Assembly (NCBI GenBank): GCA_964652335.1
Contig: CAZZDL010000001.1
Location: 1-62,080 of the forward strand
Direction of reading: 5' to 3'
Length of the DNA: 62,080 bases
From: Candidatus Micrarchaeota archaeon
Lineage (GTDB): Archaea > B1Sed10-29 > WALL01 > WAMD01
Both the position numbers and the translations under genes were made by a program. This document shows positions 1 through 9,051 of the stretch, piece by piece; within the stretch, counting starts at the first letter, position 1; the number at the start of each line of letters is the position of its first letter. The notes beneath the pieces are model-generated. The model was not told the origin of the DNA. It did no database searches and was given only the letters and a program-made list of their open reading frames with translations.

Positions 1-20
1 CGCGAGCCGACGTATCGGCT

Positions 21-1400
21 CTAGCTCACTTGCTTACGTATCCCGATATCAATTTTATCAAGAAATTTGTCTCTTAGATCAGGAGTAATTGTAGCACCAG
101 CAGCTATATTATGTCCTCCTCCTTCGCATCCAAACTCCTTGCACAACTCACTAAACAGCTTTCCAAGGTCAAGCCCTCTCTCTATAAGAGAACCGTTTGC
201 TCTACCAGAAACTTTTATATTCCCTCCCTCATCCCTAGCTAGAGCAATAATTGGCTTATCTCTCTTCACAAAACCTGCATTGTAAAGTATACCAGCGACC
301 ACTCCTATAATAGTATCCTTTATGACATCAATTCCATCCAACAAATAAAAATTCTTGCGCTCCTCAATCCCATTCTCATAGACCCATTCCAACGCATCAT
401 GTATAGCCTGCCTATGTTTCTGCAAAACATTCAGAGCCTTCTTGTAGTGCTTTCCCCTATCTCCCATTGCCACCATTATCCCTGTTTCCATCTCGCCGTG
501 CCTACCACACGCATTTAGTAAAGTGGCAAAATCCTTAACATCTCTCAGATAACTCTTCTCCTCTTCATTCTTGAATTCATAAACCTCTCCAACCAAAGCC
601 CTTAATGCTTTTTCATCCATTCCAATGTTCAAACCATATACGTACAGTCCAGTAATTAGTCTTTTCTTTTCTTCCTCTGTTAAGTCCACATATCTAAGCC
701 ATTCATCTCCTCTCTTTATAGGAATTCCAAGATCAGATAGAAATCTGACACACGCCTCTTCATTACCGCTCAAACCTAAAAAGAATGGTTCTGAAGAATA
801 ATTAAGGAATTGCACTAATGGTCTTGTATGTCTCCCGAATAATCGGATATCTTTTTTAACAGAGAGAACGTCTGCGATCACTGCATCCTCTAATATTTTC
901 CTATTGAACCCAATCAATTCCCCAGAGGAATCTTGCATATCTCCTACTGCACCAACTATGGCCAATCCAGACAAATCCCTATTGGCATTGGATAGTTCCC
1001 TTGCAACTAAGTACGCCATCCCTGCCCCTGAAACCTCTCTAGCTCCATCTAAACCAATCAAATGCGCGTTAAGATGATTTGGTAGATCAAACCCCTCAAC
1101 CTCGTGATGGTCGCAAACAACAAAATCTGTTAGATGAGCTTGAAGCTGGCTGAACTGGCCGCTCCCCAGATCAACAAATATCACTGGAGAGTCTGAAGGC
1201 AGTTCAGATATAGTATCCTGATCTAGTTTCTTCACTGGGTTAAGTGAAAAGTTCTTTCCTAATCTTTTCAAGGCCTGCCCCATTATTCCAGCTGCAGACA
1301 ATCCATCTGCATCGTAATGGCTAACCAAAACGAAATTATCCCTTTCTTTTATGAACTCTGCTATCTCCCTTGCCCTGGCTAAATATTTAGATTCTATCAT
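21..1400 (-). CDS. DHH/DHHA1 phosphoesterase, archaeal RecJ-like (GAN/Cdc45-type) nuclease
   Basis: Motifs DADG, VCDHH (DHH) and C-terminal GGGH (DHHA1); full-length 459-aa ORF. Confidence 0.85.
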   Translation of the reverse strand: MIESKYLARAREIAEFIKERDNFVLVSHYDADGLSAAGIMGQALKRLGKNFSLNPVKKLDQDTISELPSDSPVIFVDLGSGQFSQLQAHLTDFVVCDHHEVEGFDLPNHLNAHLIGLDGAREVSGAGMAYLVARELSNANRDLSGLAIVGAVGDMQDSSGELIGFNRKILEDAVIADVLSVKKDIRLFGRHTRPLVQFLNYSSEPFFLGLSGNEEACVRFLSDLGIPIKRGDEWLRYVDLTEEEKKRLITGLYVYGLNIGMDEKALRALVGEVYEFKNEEEKSYLRDVKDFATLLNACGRHGEMETGIMVAMGDRGKHYKKALNVLQKHRQAIHDALEWVYENGIEERKNFYLLDGIDVIKDTIIGVVAGILYNAGFVKRDKPIIALARDEGGNIKVSGRANGSLIERGLDLGKLFSELCKEFGCEGGGHNIAAGATITPDLRDKFLDKIDIGIRKQVS

Positions 1401-1457
1401 CCAAATCCCGACTCTTATATATTTTAGAAATGGGTCAATATAAGTTAGGTGGAATAG

Positions 1458-2711
1458 ATGGATATAGCTATAACCCTTGCTAGCTTGACAGTGGGGATAG
1501 TCATCGGTCTAGTAATTGCTTTGTTCATATTATTCAAAAAAGGGAAAGCCCCTGTACCTATGACTGTAGACAAACTAGAAGCATGGAAGCATTTGGAGGA
1601 GCTGGCCAAGAGGAAAGCTGAATTGCTGGCAGCGAAAAGAACGCTAAATGAAACATTCAAAGAGAAAAAGATAGATGAAAAAACATTTGTGGAAGAAGGA
1701 GCAAAGCTAGACTCATTAATAGAAAGTGTAGAAGACGAAATGGAAAAAACCATGTTCATGATTGCAAAGGGCATGGTTCCAGACTTCATGTTGGACGCTA
1801 GAAAGGAAGTAGTGGAACTTGAAAAGGCAATAAAGTTGTATCAAGCCTACAAAAAGCTGAAGGAAGAATTGGAAAAGGTTAAGACAGAGAGAGACTCCTT
1901 ATATGTAAAGCTAGAAGATGCAGAGGAAGACAAAAAGGAATTGAAAGCAAAGTACAACTGGCTTGAAGAGAACACAACAAAGACGATATATAATTTGCAG
2001 GAGAAACTTAAGGAGCTGGAAAAGGAGGCCACTAGGCTTAGGAATGAAAATGAATTCTTGAAAGGAGAAATAGGAGAAGCCACAAAGCCAGAATCTGAGA
2101 AACTAAAAAACCTAAGAAATGAAAACAAGCTATTGAGAGAAAACCTCAATTCCCTAAAGGAAAGAGTAAAACAAATGGAAAAGGAAATTGAAGTCCTACT
2201 GACAATGATCTCTAGGTATAGCAGAACAATAAAAGAAAAAGAGGAAAAGAGTGTTGAAGAGTTGAAAAAACTCATAAAACCAAGGGCTCAGGTGATAAAG
2301 GATCTTGTTAAAACCTATAATGATGCTATAAAGATCTATACTTATGTTAGGGATCACGTATCAGAGGTTGAACTTCCAATTGAGACTCCTTTCTGGATGA
2401 AATTGGATGAGATAGTGAGGATAGGGGCCGGAGATAACCATGATAGGGCAGTGTTGCTATGCTCAATGTTAAGAGCCATTGGGGAAGACGCGCAAATGCT
2501 AATAGCAGAAATGTCCACTGGAGAAAACAGGGCATTTGTCCTACTAAAGAAAGCTGGGAAGGTTTATCTATTAGATCCATCGGATAAGCTAGAGTTCGAT
2601 GCATTCAAAGGTAAAACAGAAAAGGACGCTATAAAGTCATACAAAACAAAACACGGGAAGATAGTAAGACCATTATATAAGATAGATGAGAAGAAGGCTG
2701 TTGTATATTAA
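1458..2711 (+). CDS. N-terminally membrane-anchored long coiled-coil protein with a C-terminal globular (possibly transglutaminase-like) domain; function unknown
   Basis: Hydrophobic N-terminus, about 250 aa of K/E heptad-like sequence, C-terminal GAGDNHDRAVLLCSMLRAIGEDA segment; ATG start. Confidence 0.5.
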   Translation: MDIAITLASLTVGIVIGLVIALFILFKKGKAPVPMTVDKLEAWKHLEELAKRKAELLAAKRTLNETFKEKKIDEKTFVEEGAKLDSLIESVEDEMEKTMFMIAKGMVPDFMLDARKEVVELEKAIKLYQAYKKLKEELEKVKTERDSLYVKLEDAEEDKKELKAKYNWLEENTTKTIYNLQEKLKELEKEATRLRNENEFLKGEIGEATKPESEKLKNLRNENKLLRENLNSLKERVKQMEKEIEVLLTMISRYSRTIKEKEEKSVEELKKLIKPRAQVIKDLVKTYNDAIKIYTYVRDHVSEVELPIETPFWMKLDEIVRIGAGDNHDRAVLLCSMLRAIGEDAQMLIAEMSTGENRAFVLLKKAGKVYLLDPSDKLEFDAFKGKTEKDAIKSYKTKHGKIVRPLYKIDEKKAVVY

Positions 2712-2723
2712 TACCATTTTAGT

Positions 2724-3578
2724 TTAATCTGCCATACTCCATACCATCCCTTCATCAATATCTGGAGGCATCGGCTTAACCTCATGTGACTTCTCATACT
2801 TCTTACCTTTGCCCAATTTAATTGGTTTTCCCTTTCTCTCTGACTTCTTAAGGACAACTCCAAAACCAAGCTGACCACCAAATGGCTCGTTTCCTGCTTT
2901 AATCTCCCTTATCTCCTCAACAGAAAAGCCATGAGACTCAAAAAACTCTTTTAATGCATTCGCATTTGACGGCATCCGGGTTATCCTTTCCAATAAATAA
3001 GCGTATTCATCAACGTCTCTTTCTATATTTGATATATCCTTTAATTGCTTCTTCCCTTCTTTCACATCCCTCTTTCTGAAGCTTAAACCAAGTGTAGCCT
3101 TCTGATGGGCATCTTCTAGGAGATATTTCACAGTAGAACTTGGAGAGTGCACAACTAGTATTGCCCTTCCATCATCCTTCAATACTCTTCTTAGCTCAGA
3201 TAATGCTTTTTCTTCATCTGTATATGCAAGCGTAAATACAGAATAAACAGCATCAAACTCATTATCATTAAATGGTAATTTTTCAGCTGGAACTTCATGG
3301 TAGATTATTCCCTCATGCTTTACTGGGATGTGAATATCAACGCCGTGTAGCTCTATTTGATTATTAAACAACTGCTTTATCTTCTTAGCTAATCCACCTG
3401 GGCCAATTCCTATTTCCAAGATACGCAGTTTGCCCTTAGCTTTCTCGCTGATATGCTTTGATATCCAATCTGATACAAACTGATGCAACTGTGGGTATCT
3501 CTCACTATCTAATGAAGAGGACTTACTGGATTCTATTTTCTCTTTCCAGTAATCTCTCCAAAACCTACGGGCTGGCAT
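2724..3578 (-). CDS. Class I SAM-dependent methyltransferase
   Basis: Motif I ILEIGIGPGG, motif post-II FDAVYSVFTLAY. Confidence 0.8.
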   Translation of the reverse strand: MPARRFWRDYWKEKIESSKSSSLDSERYPQLHQFVSDWISKHISEKAKGKLRILEIGIGPGGLAKKIKQLFNNQIELHGVDIHIPVKHEGIIYHEVPAEKLPFNDNEFDAVYSVFTLAYTDEEKALSELRRVLKDDGRAILVVHSPSSTVKYLLEDAHQKATLGLSFRKRDVKEGKKQLKDISNIERDVDEYAYLLERITRMPSNANALKEFFESHGFSVEEIREIKAGNEPFGGQLGFGVVLKKSERKGKPIKLGKGKKYEKSHEVKPMPPDIDEGMVWSMAD

Positions 3579-3662
3579 AATCTCTTTTTGACGGCAAACT
3601 TTAAATAGGATTGGTAGCGAGTATGGAAAGTTTTAAAAATTTTAAAAATTGTAAATAGACAC

Positions 3663-4091
3663 ATGGAGGAGCTACTAGATCAGTTAGAAATGATATTCAG
3701 GGCTAGAGGGCTCACTAGCGCTCATGGTAGAATATTCGGCGCTTTGCTACTGGCAAAGAACCCATTAACCCAAAAGGAAATAGCAAAGCTAACCAATTAC
3801 AGCATACCTGCCGTATCCCTTGGCCTAGACGATCTTCTCAAGCTAGGCTTAGTAAAAAGCAAAAAGCTGACAGGGAAGAGGGAAAAGGTATATCTGATAA
3901 CTGGGGACCTAGTAAGGATGTTCAAAAACTTCCTAAGAAACCTAAAAGAGAAAAACGTTGCCCCTCTATTGGAAACTATAAAAGTAATGAAAACAATAAA
4001 CCGAACTTCTGGCATTTTGAAGCTAGAAAAAGAGATAGAAAGATTAAACAACTATCTAGACGCCCTCTTGAAGGTACAAATAGGTGAATAA
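3663..4091 (+). CDS. Winged-helix (MarR/GbsR-like) transcriptional regulator
   Basis: PLTQKEIAKLTNYSIPAVSLGLDDLLKLGLV HTH segment, 142 aa. Confidence 0.7.
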   Translation: MEELLDQLEMIFRARGLTSAHGRIFGALLLAKNPLTQKEIAKLTNYSIPAVSLGLDDLLKLGLVKSKKLTGKREKVYLITGDLVRMFKNFLRNLKEKNVAPLLETIKVMKTINRTSGILKLEKEIERLNNYLDALLKVQIGE

Positions 4092-4092
4092 A

Positions 4093-4284
4093 ATGGTAGC
4101 TAGAGTGAATAAAGACAAATGTATGTACTGTGGGGCATGCACCAGTGTATGCCCAAAACTAGCTTTAGAACTAAAGGAGACTTATATCCATGTGTATGAT
4201 GACAGATGTATAGACTGTGGCCTATGTGTATTAGCATGCCCTGTAGGGGCAATTAAGCTGGTTAAATTGGAGGGAAACAAATGA
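4093..4284 (+). CDS. 2x[4Fe-4S] ferredoxin
   Basis: CMYCGACTSVCP and CIDCGLCVLACP; AGGTGA Shine-Dalgarno 6 nt upstream of ATG 4093 (ORF track GTG 4084 is an alternative). Confidence 0.85.
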   Translation: MVARVNKDKCMYCGACTSVCPKLALELKETYIHVYDDRCIDCGLCVLACPVGAIKLVKLEGNK

Positions 4285-5495
4285 AAGAAAACTGGGATGT
4301 AATAGTTGTTGGAGCCGGGCCAGCAGGTATAAAGGCTGGGGAAGAGCTTGCAAAAAGAGGACTAGATACTCTTGTGATAGACAGAAAGCAAGAAATAGGA
4401 GCTCCAAAGAGATGCGGAGAAGGATTATCAGACAGGTGGATAAAGGTTTCTGGGCTTAAACCTGACCCAATATGGGCAAGACAGTATATCAACGGAGCAA
4501 TACTCATATCTCCAAAAGGAAAAAAGATAATAATTGACTCTGAACGACTTGGCAGAACAGGTTACATAATAGAAAGAAAGATGTTTGAAAAATTTTTAGC
4601 AGCCAATGCAATACGAGCAGGGGCAAAATTCATGCTAAAAACCAATGTAGAGGATCTAATCATTGAAGATGGATTCGTAAAGGGAGTAATAGCAGACAAC
4701 ATGGGGGACACTGTCGAGCTTAGGTCAAAGATAGTAGTAGCAGCAGATGGGGTGGATTCCAGGATAGGAAGGATGGCAGGAATAAATACCACTCTACCCC
4801 TGGCAGAAATGGATGCTGGTTATCAATATGAAATGGTTGGTGTCGATCTATTAGACAAGAATAAAATGGAATTGTACTTTGGAAAAAGCGTTGCCCCTAG
4901 AGGATATGTGTGGGTTTTCCCAAAGGGGGATGACGTTGCAAACGTTGGCGTTGGAATTGCTGGGACAGATCAAAAAACAGCCAAGTATTACTTAGATAGA
5001 TGGCTGGAAGGAAATGAAAGATTTGAAAGTGCAAGTATAATAGAGATTAATGCTGGTGGAATACCAGTAACAAAACCAGTGGACGAATTCGTTGGGAATG
5101 GAATAATGCTCACTGGAGACGCCGCAAGAATGGTCAACCCAATACACGGCGGTGGAATAGGCACAGCACTAGAGGCAGGGGAAATGCTTGCAGAGGTGGC
5201 TAAAGAGGCTATCTCCTCTGGTGACGTAAGCAAAGAAAAGCTAAAGAGATATCAAGATACTTGGATGGAAAAACATGGAAAGGAATTTGCAAATATACTA
5301 AAAATTAGACATTTCGTTGAAAAACTCAATGATGAGCAGTTAGAAGCAATAGCAGACGCTGTAGTCAAGGGTGGATTAACTCCAGATGTGTTTATTGAAT
5401 TGAGCCACGGGCAAGGTCTTTCCAAAATAGCCAAGGCGGTTATAAAGGCTAGCCCATCACTAGCAAAATTCATCCTTGAGTTCATAAAAGGGTGA
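4281..5495 (+). CDS. Geranylgeranyl reductase family flavoprotein (digeranylgeranylglycerophospholipid reductase-like)
   Basis: FAD fold DVIVVGAGPAGIKAG, RCGEG, GDAA motif; ATGA overlap with upstream ferredoxin. Confidence 0.85.
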   Translation: MKENWDVIVVGAGPAGIKAGEELAKRGLDTLVIDRKQEIGAPKRCGEGLSDRWIKVSGLKPDPIWARQYINGAILISPKGKKIIIDSERLGRTGYIIERKMFEKFLAANAIRAGAKFMLKTNVEDLIIEDGFVKGVIADNMGDTVELRSKIVVAADGVDSRIGRMAGINTTLPLAEMDAGYQYEMVGVDLLDKNKMELYFGKSVAPRGYVWVFPKGDDVANVGVGIAGTDQKTAKYYLDRWLEGNERFESASIIEINAGGIPVTKPVDEFVGNGIMLTGDAARMVNPIHGGGIGTALEAGEMLAEVAKEAISSGDVSKEKLKRYQDTWMEKHGKEFANILKIRHFVEKLNDEQLEAIADAVVKGGLTPDVFIELSHGQGLSKIAKAVIKASPSLAKFILEFIKG

Positions 5496-6340
5496 ACCTG
5501 GTGGATGTTAAAATACCGAGGGCGACTATAGCTTTAATTACGTTCTCTATAACATTTTACCTCCTTGCAACAAAATTCTCCCCGTACGTATCTCCTCTAA
5601 CTATTCTAGCTCCATATGGTGTGTCTGTTGATAATTTGTTGTTTGGTGGATTTATCTACTCATTCACCCATATAGGCCTAAAGCATTTGCTAGCAAACAT
5701 GTTTTTCCTATTCGTCATAGGTAGCCTGCTTGAGCAAAGGTTGGAGTCTAAGCATGTTCTGGCAATATTCATACTGTCCGGTTGGATAGGTGGGGCATTA
5801 TACGTACTAATAAAACCGGATGTATGGGTATTAGGTGCTTCTACAGCTATATGCGGGCTTATTGCAGCCTTGATAGTAACAGATATAAAGAAAGCTGTAG
5901 TCGGGTTAATAATTGCCATGTATCTCACTCCTGTAGTAGCCTATCCGTTAGCTGACTGGATAGTGGAGAATGTGCAGAAAGAAAAAGAGAAAGAAATTAT
6001 CATCAATGTGCAAAAACTAGTCAACTACTCTCAGAGGATAAAGAATGCCACAGAGGAGGAGAAGGTTCAACTGGAGCAAGAGATTAACCGGACATACAAA
6101 AATATTGCTAAGGTTGTACAACAAAAAGAAAGTATAAAAGAAGGTGTAAAAACTGAGGCCGTAACCCCAACATCTAATCTCATCCATATTCTTGGTGGAT
6201 TGGTGGCATTGGTGTACCTAGCTATATTTAATAGAAAATCTTACAAATATCTGTGGGATGACGTAAATGGCATTATCAAACTTGGAAGTTCACTGGTTGG
6301 TAGAGGAGCTAAAAAAGCTAGAAGGGGCAAACTTCGTTAA
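5492..6340 (+). CDS. Rhomboid-family intramembrane serine protease with a long soluble insertion
   Basis: GASTAICG (GxSxxxxG) and later HILGGL histidine; about 75-aa K/E-rich insert between them. Confidence 0.7.
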   Translation: MNLVDVKIPRATIALITFSITFYLLATKFSPYVSPLTILAPYGVSVDNLLFGGFIYSFTHIGLKHLLANMFFLFVIGSLLEQRLESKHVLAIFILSGWIGGALYVLIKPDVWVLGASTAICGLIAALIVTDIKKAVVGLIIAMYLTPVVAYPLADWIVENVQKEKEKEIIINVQKLVNYSQRIKNATEEEKVQLEQEINRTYKNIAKVVQQKESIKEGVKTEAVTPTSNLIHILGGLVALVYLAIFNRKSYKYLWDDVNGIIKLGSSLVGRGAKKARRGKLR

Positions 6341-7265
6341 GTTCTGGAAATGTGAAAACTTCTACAAAATCAGGTTTAGAAAGGAATGGAACATTGATAT
6401 CGTGATCAGCCTACCCAACCTAATGTTCATAACAAAAAGAGAATTCAAATGCTCAGCTGACAACTTCTCAATGAAGATAAGGAAGGAACTGTCCGGGTCA
6501 AAGCTAATTAAGGTTACTCAGCTAGACTTTGATAGGATAGTTGTGATGGAATTTTCAAGAGGAAGCTTGATAATTGAGCTGTTTTCGCATGGAAACATCA
6601 TTCTAACCAGAGAAGGAAAGATCCTGGCAGCTCTAAGGAGAGAAGAATGGAAAGATAGGACAATAAAGCCTGGTGAAATCTACAAACCACCAGAGCATGG
6701 ACTAGATCCATTTGAGATGAGCCTAGAGGAGTTCAACTCCATATTCACGGAAAAGGACATTGTAAGAAGTCTCGTGAAAAACCTTAAGCTTGGAAAGAGG
6801 TATATTGAAAAACTAATATCTGAATCTGGTGAAGACCCAAATGCAAGGAGGCCAAAGAACGCAAAGAAGATGTTTGAGACATTGAAAACAATTCTCTCAA
6901 GGTTTAAACCTGGTATAGAGGATAAACCAACATTGTTCCAAACTAGGGATGGATTCAAACCAACAAATAGCTTTAATGAAGCTCTGGACGAATTTTACGG
7001 CGATAAATTGGCAGAAAGAAGGGTGGATAATAAGCTGGAAAAGAGACTCAAAAATCAGGAAAAAGCACTAAAGGAGATGGAAGAAAGAGCAAAAAGATAC
7101 AAAGAGATTGGCGATCTCATCTATAAAAACATGCAATACCTGGATGAGCTAGTTGGTAAAATAAAGAAAATGAGAAAAGAAGGGAGAGGCTGGAAAGAGA
7201 TAGAGAAAGAGCTAGGCGTTGAGATAAATGAGAAAACAGGCAAATTAAGGGTTAATTTAGACTGA
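6267..7265 (+). CDS. NFACT-N (FbpA/RqcH/Rqc2-like) domain protein, short form lacking a recognisable NFACT-R/DUF814 part
   Basis: N-terminal LEVHWLVEELKKLEG...KFWK pattern typical of NFACT-N, then coiled coil; overlaps rhomboid gene end by 74 nt. Confidence 0.55.
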   Translation: MALSNLEVHWLVEELKKLEGANFVKFWKCENFYKIRFRKEWNIDIVISLPNLMFITKREFKCSADNFSMKIRKELSGSKLIKVTQLDFDRIVVMEFSRGSLIIELFSHGNIILTREGKILAALRREEWKDRTIKPGEIYKPPEHGLDPFEMSLEEFNSIFTEKDIVRSLVKNLKLGKRYIEKLISESGEDPNARRPKNAKKMFETLKTILSRFKPGIEDKPTLFQTRDGFKPTNSFNEALDEFYGDKLAERRVDNKLEKRLKNQEKALKEMEERAKRYKEIGDLIYKNMQYLDELVGKIKKMRKEGRGWKEIEKELGVEINEKTGKLRVNLD

Positions 7266-7520
7266 AAGAAGGGATTCATCAACCACGGCAACGTCGCTTA
7301 CTGCAAATAGCGCTTTGTATGGGATAATAATTAAATCTCCTTCTCTTGGAAGTTCCTTAGCTAGCTTTGATTCTGGGCTTGGCTCAACAAGTATATACTC
7401 CAACGCGCCTGTTAATTCGTCAAACTGAATATCACTAATCCTACCAAGCTCCTCTCCCTTATTTGTGATAACTCTCTTTCCACCTAGCTGTCTAGCAATG
7501 GCAAATTTCCTGGTTGGCAT
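7257..7520 (-). CDS. PRC-barrel domain protein
   Basis: VITNKGEELGRISDIQFDELTGALEYILVEP. Confidence 0.7.
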   Translation of the reverse strand: MPTRKFAIARQLGGKRVITNKGEELGRISDIQFDELTGALEYILVEPSPESKLAKELPREGDLIIIPYKALFAVSDVAVVDESLLSV

Positions 7521-7572
7521 AAAGAATCACCTAAGATAATTACTAGACCAGTGTTTAAATACTTTTCTATAA

Positions 7573-8208
7573 TCAAACTCTGGTCACCTCAACGAACTTC
7601 CTTCTCCCTTTCCGTCTTATATCCACCAACCCAAGCTCTTCAAGCGGCTCTAACTTTCTAGCCACAGACATGATTGCAGACTTATCAGATCTACCAAAGG
7701 CTCTCTTAGCAAGCTCTGTAAGAGAATCCCATCTGTCTCTCCTTCTCAATACCTTCAGGAAACGTATATCCAACCCAAGGTCTACTGGTATCTTCGGAAT
7801 TTCCATTAGCCTGCCGTATCCTGGGATCCCCTTGTATGAAGAGGCAGTGGAATAGGTTACTTTTAGCCCAAGATCACTAGCAATAAGGAATAGTACTATT
7901 GTAATCAGCTTGTTTCCAGAGGATATGTCTATCCTAGCATCCTCTGCTGAAGATATCTGCTCGTATAAATCGACCAAGGCATTAACGGGAGAGAAAAAGT
8001 CTACCCAAACCTCATTCCATGAGATATTTACAGGAAATTGAGATGACTTCTTCTTCACTGCAGAAAGATTCTTTTCCACCTTTCTACTCAGCTCAGCAGA
8101 TATATCCCTTTTATTTCTTATTATGACGACTTGGTTTGGAAGATGATAGGCTACAGCAGCAAGCATTCTATCTCTTTCCAGGCCCTGAGCCATGAATAGA
8201 GTGGCCAT
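7573..8208 (-). CDS. Rossmann-like (Csa3/CARF-fold, DUF6293/HFX_2341-like) domain fused to C-terminal winged helix; putative regulator
   Basis: N-terminal GLERDRML..VVII, central IDISSGNKLITIVLFLIA, C-terminal LEELGLVDIRRKGRRKFVEV; start moved to ATG 8208 to clear the thyX promoter. Confidence 0.45.
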   Translation of the reverse strand: MATLFMAQGLERDRMLAAVAYHLPNQVVIIRNKRDISAELSRKVEKNLSAVKKKSSQFPVNISWNEVWVDFFSPVNALVDLYEQISSAEDARIDISSGNKLITIVLFLIASDLGLKVTYSTASSYKGIPGYGRLMEIPKIPVDLGLDIRFLKVLRRRDRWDSLTELAKRAFGRSDKSAIMSVARKLEPLEELGLVDIRRKGRRKFVEVTRV

Positions 8209-8310
8209 GCTAATCTTTTTGTAAAAGTAACATAAATTAGTTACTATTGGATACTGTAAATGAAAAACCAGGGAAATACATATATAGCTAGCCGAAAAAA
8301 AAAGAAACAC

Positions 8311-9051
8311 ATGTTAGTCAAACTGATTGCGTATACACCGGACCCTGAAAAAGTAACTGCTGTGGCGGCATACACTTCAATATCAAAAGAAGGGCCAACA
8401 GAGAAAATGAAAACCCTTGACGAAAAGAGGAGTAAAAATGTGTTAAGACACGTGGTTGGATATGGCCACCATTCTGTTATAGAGCATGCAAGTTTTACAT
8501 TCGCTGTGGAAGGATGTTCCAGGGCTTGCACTCATCAGTTGGTTAGACATAGGATCGCATCATATACCCAACAGAGTCAAAGGTACGTAACGTTTGATGA
8601 ACTTGATTATGTAACCCCACCAAAGATAGAGAATAACGAAAATGCAAAAAAGATTTTTGATGAGACTATGAGGGAGCTGGCAAATGCGTACAAAAAACTC
8701 GTGGATATGGGGATTCCTGCAGAAGATGCCAGATATGTCTTCCCAAATGCGGCAAAGAGCAATATAGTCATAACAATGAATGCTAGGGAGCTCTTGCATT
8801 TCTTTAGATTGAGATGCTGCCTAAGGGCTCAATGGGAGATAAGAGAGCTAGCCAATAGGATGTTACTTGAGGTTAAGCGGGTCGCTCCAACAATATTTGA
8901 AAACGCAGGTCCAAGTTGCGTGCAACTAGGATATTGTCCAGAAGGGAAATTCACCTGTGGAAAGTTTAAGAAAGTAGTGGAAGCGTACAAATCCCTGGAC
9001 GAAGATGGAGGTAATGGAATTGACAGATTACTCAAACTTGGAGAAGACTAA
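8311..9051 (+). CDS. thyX: Flavin-dependent thymidylate synthase ThyX
   Basis: ThyX signature RHRIASYTQQSQRY; start at ATG 8311 (MLVKLIAYTPDPEK). Confidence 0.9.
   Translation: MLVKLIAYTPDPEKVTAVAAYTSISKEGPTEKMKTLDEKRSKNVLRHVVGYGHHSVIEHASFTFAVEGCSRACTHQLVRHRIASYTQQSQRYVTFDELDYVTPPKIENNENAKKIFDETMRELANAYKKLVDMGIPAEDARYVFPNAAKSNIVITMNARELLHFFRLRCCLRAQWEIRELANRMLLEVKRVAPTIFENAGPSCVQLGYCPEGKFTCGKFKKVVEAYKSLDEDGGNGIDRLLKLGED

Noticed and set aside
4-21. A perfect 7-bp GC-rich hairpin (GAGCCGA-CGTA-TCGGCTC) immediately after the recJ-like stop codon
   Set aside because: It could be a terminator or RNA-stability hairpin. However, the window edge cuts off the downstream sequence, so no U-tract is visible, and archaeal termination does not require hairpins.
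9005-9051. The 47-nt thyX/glyA overlap as a possible frameshift or fusion
   Set aside because: Both proteins are complete with their own termini and motifs. The overlap is ordinary translational coupling of two dTMP-cycle genes.
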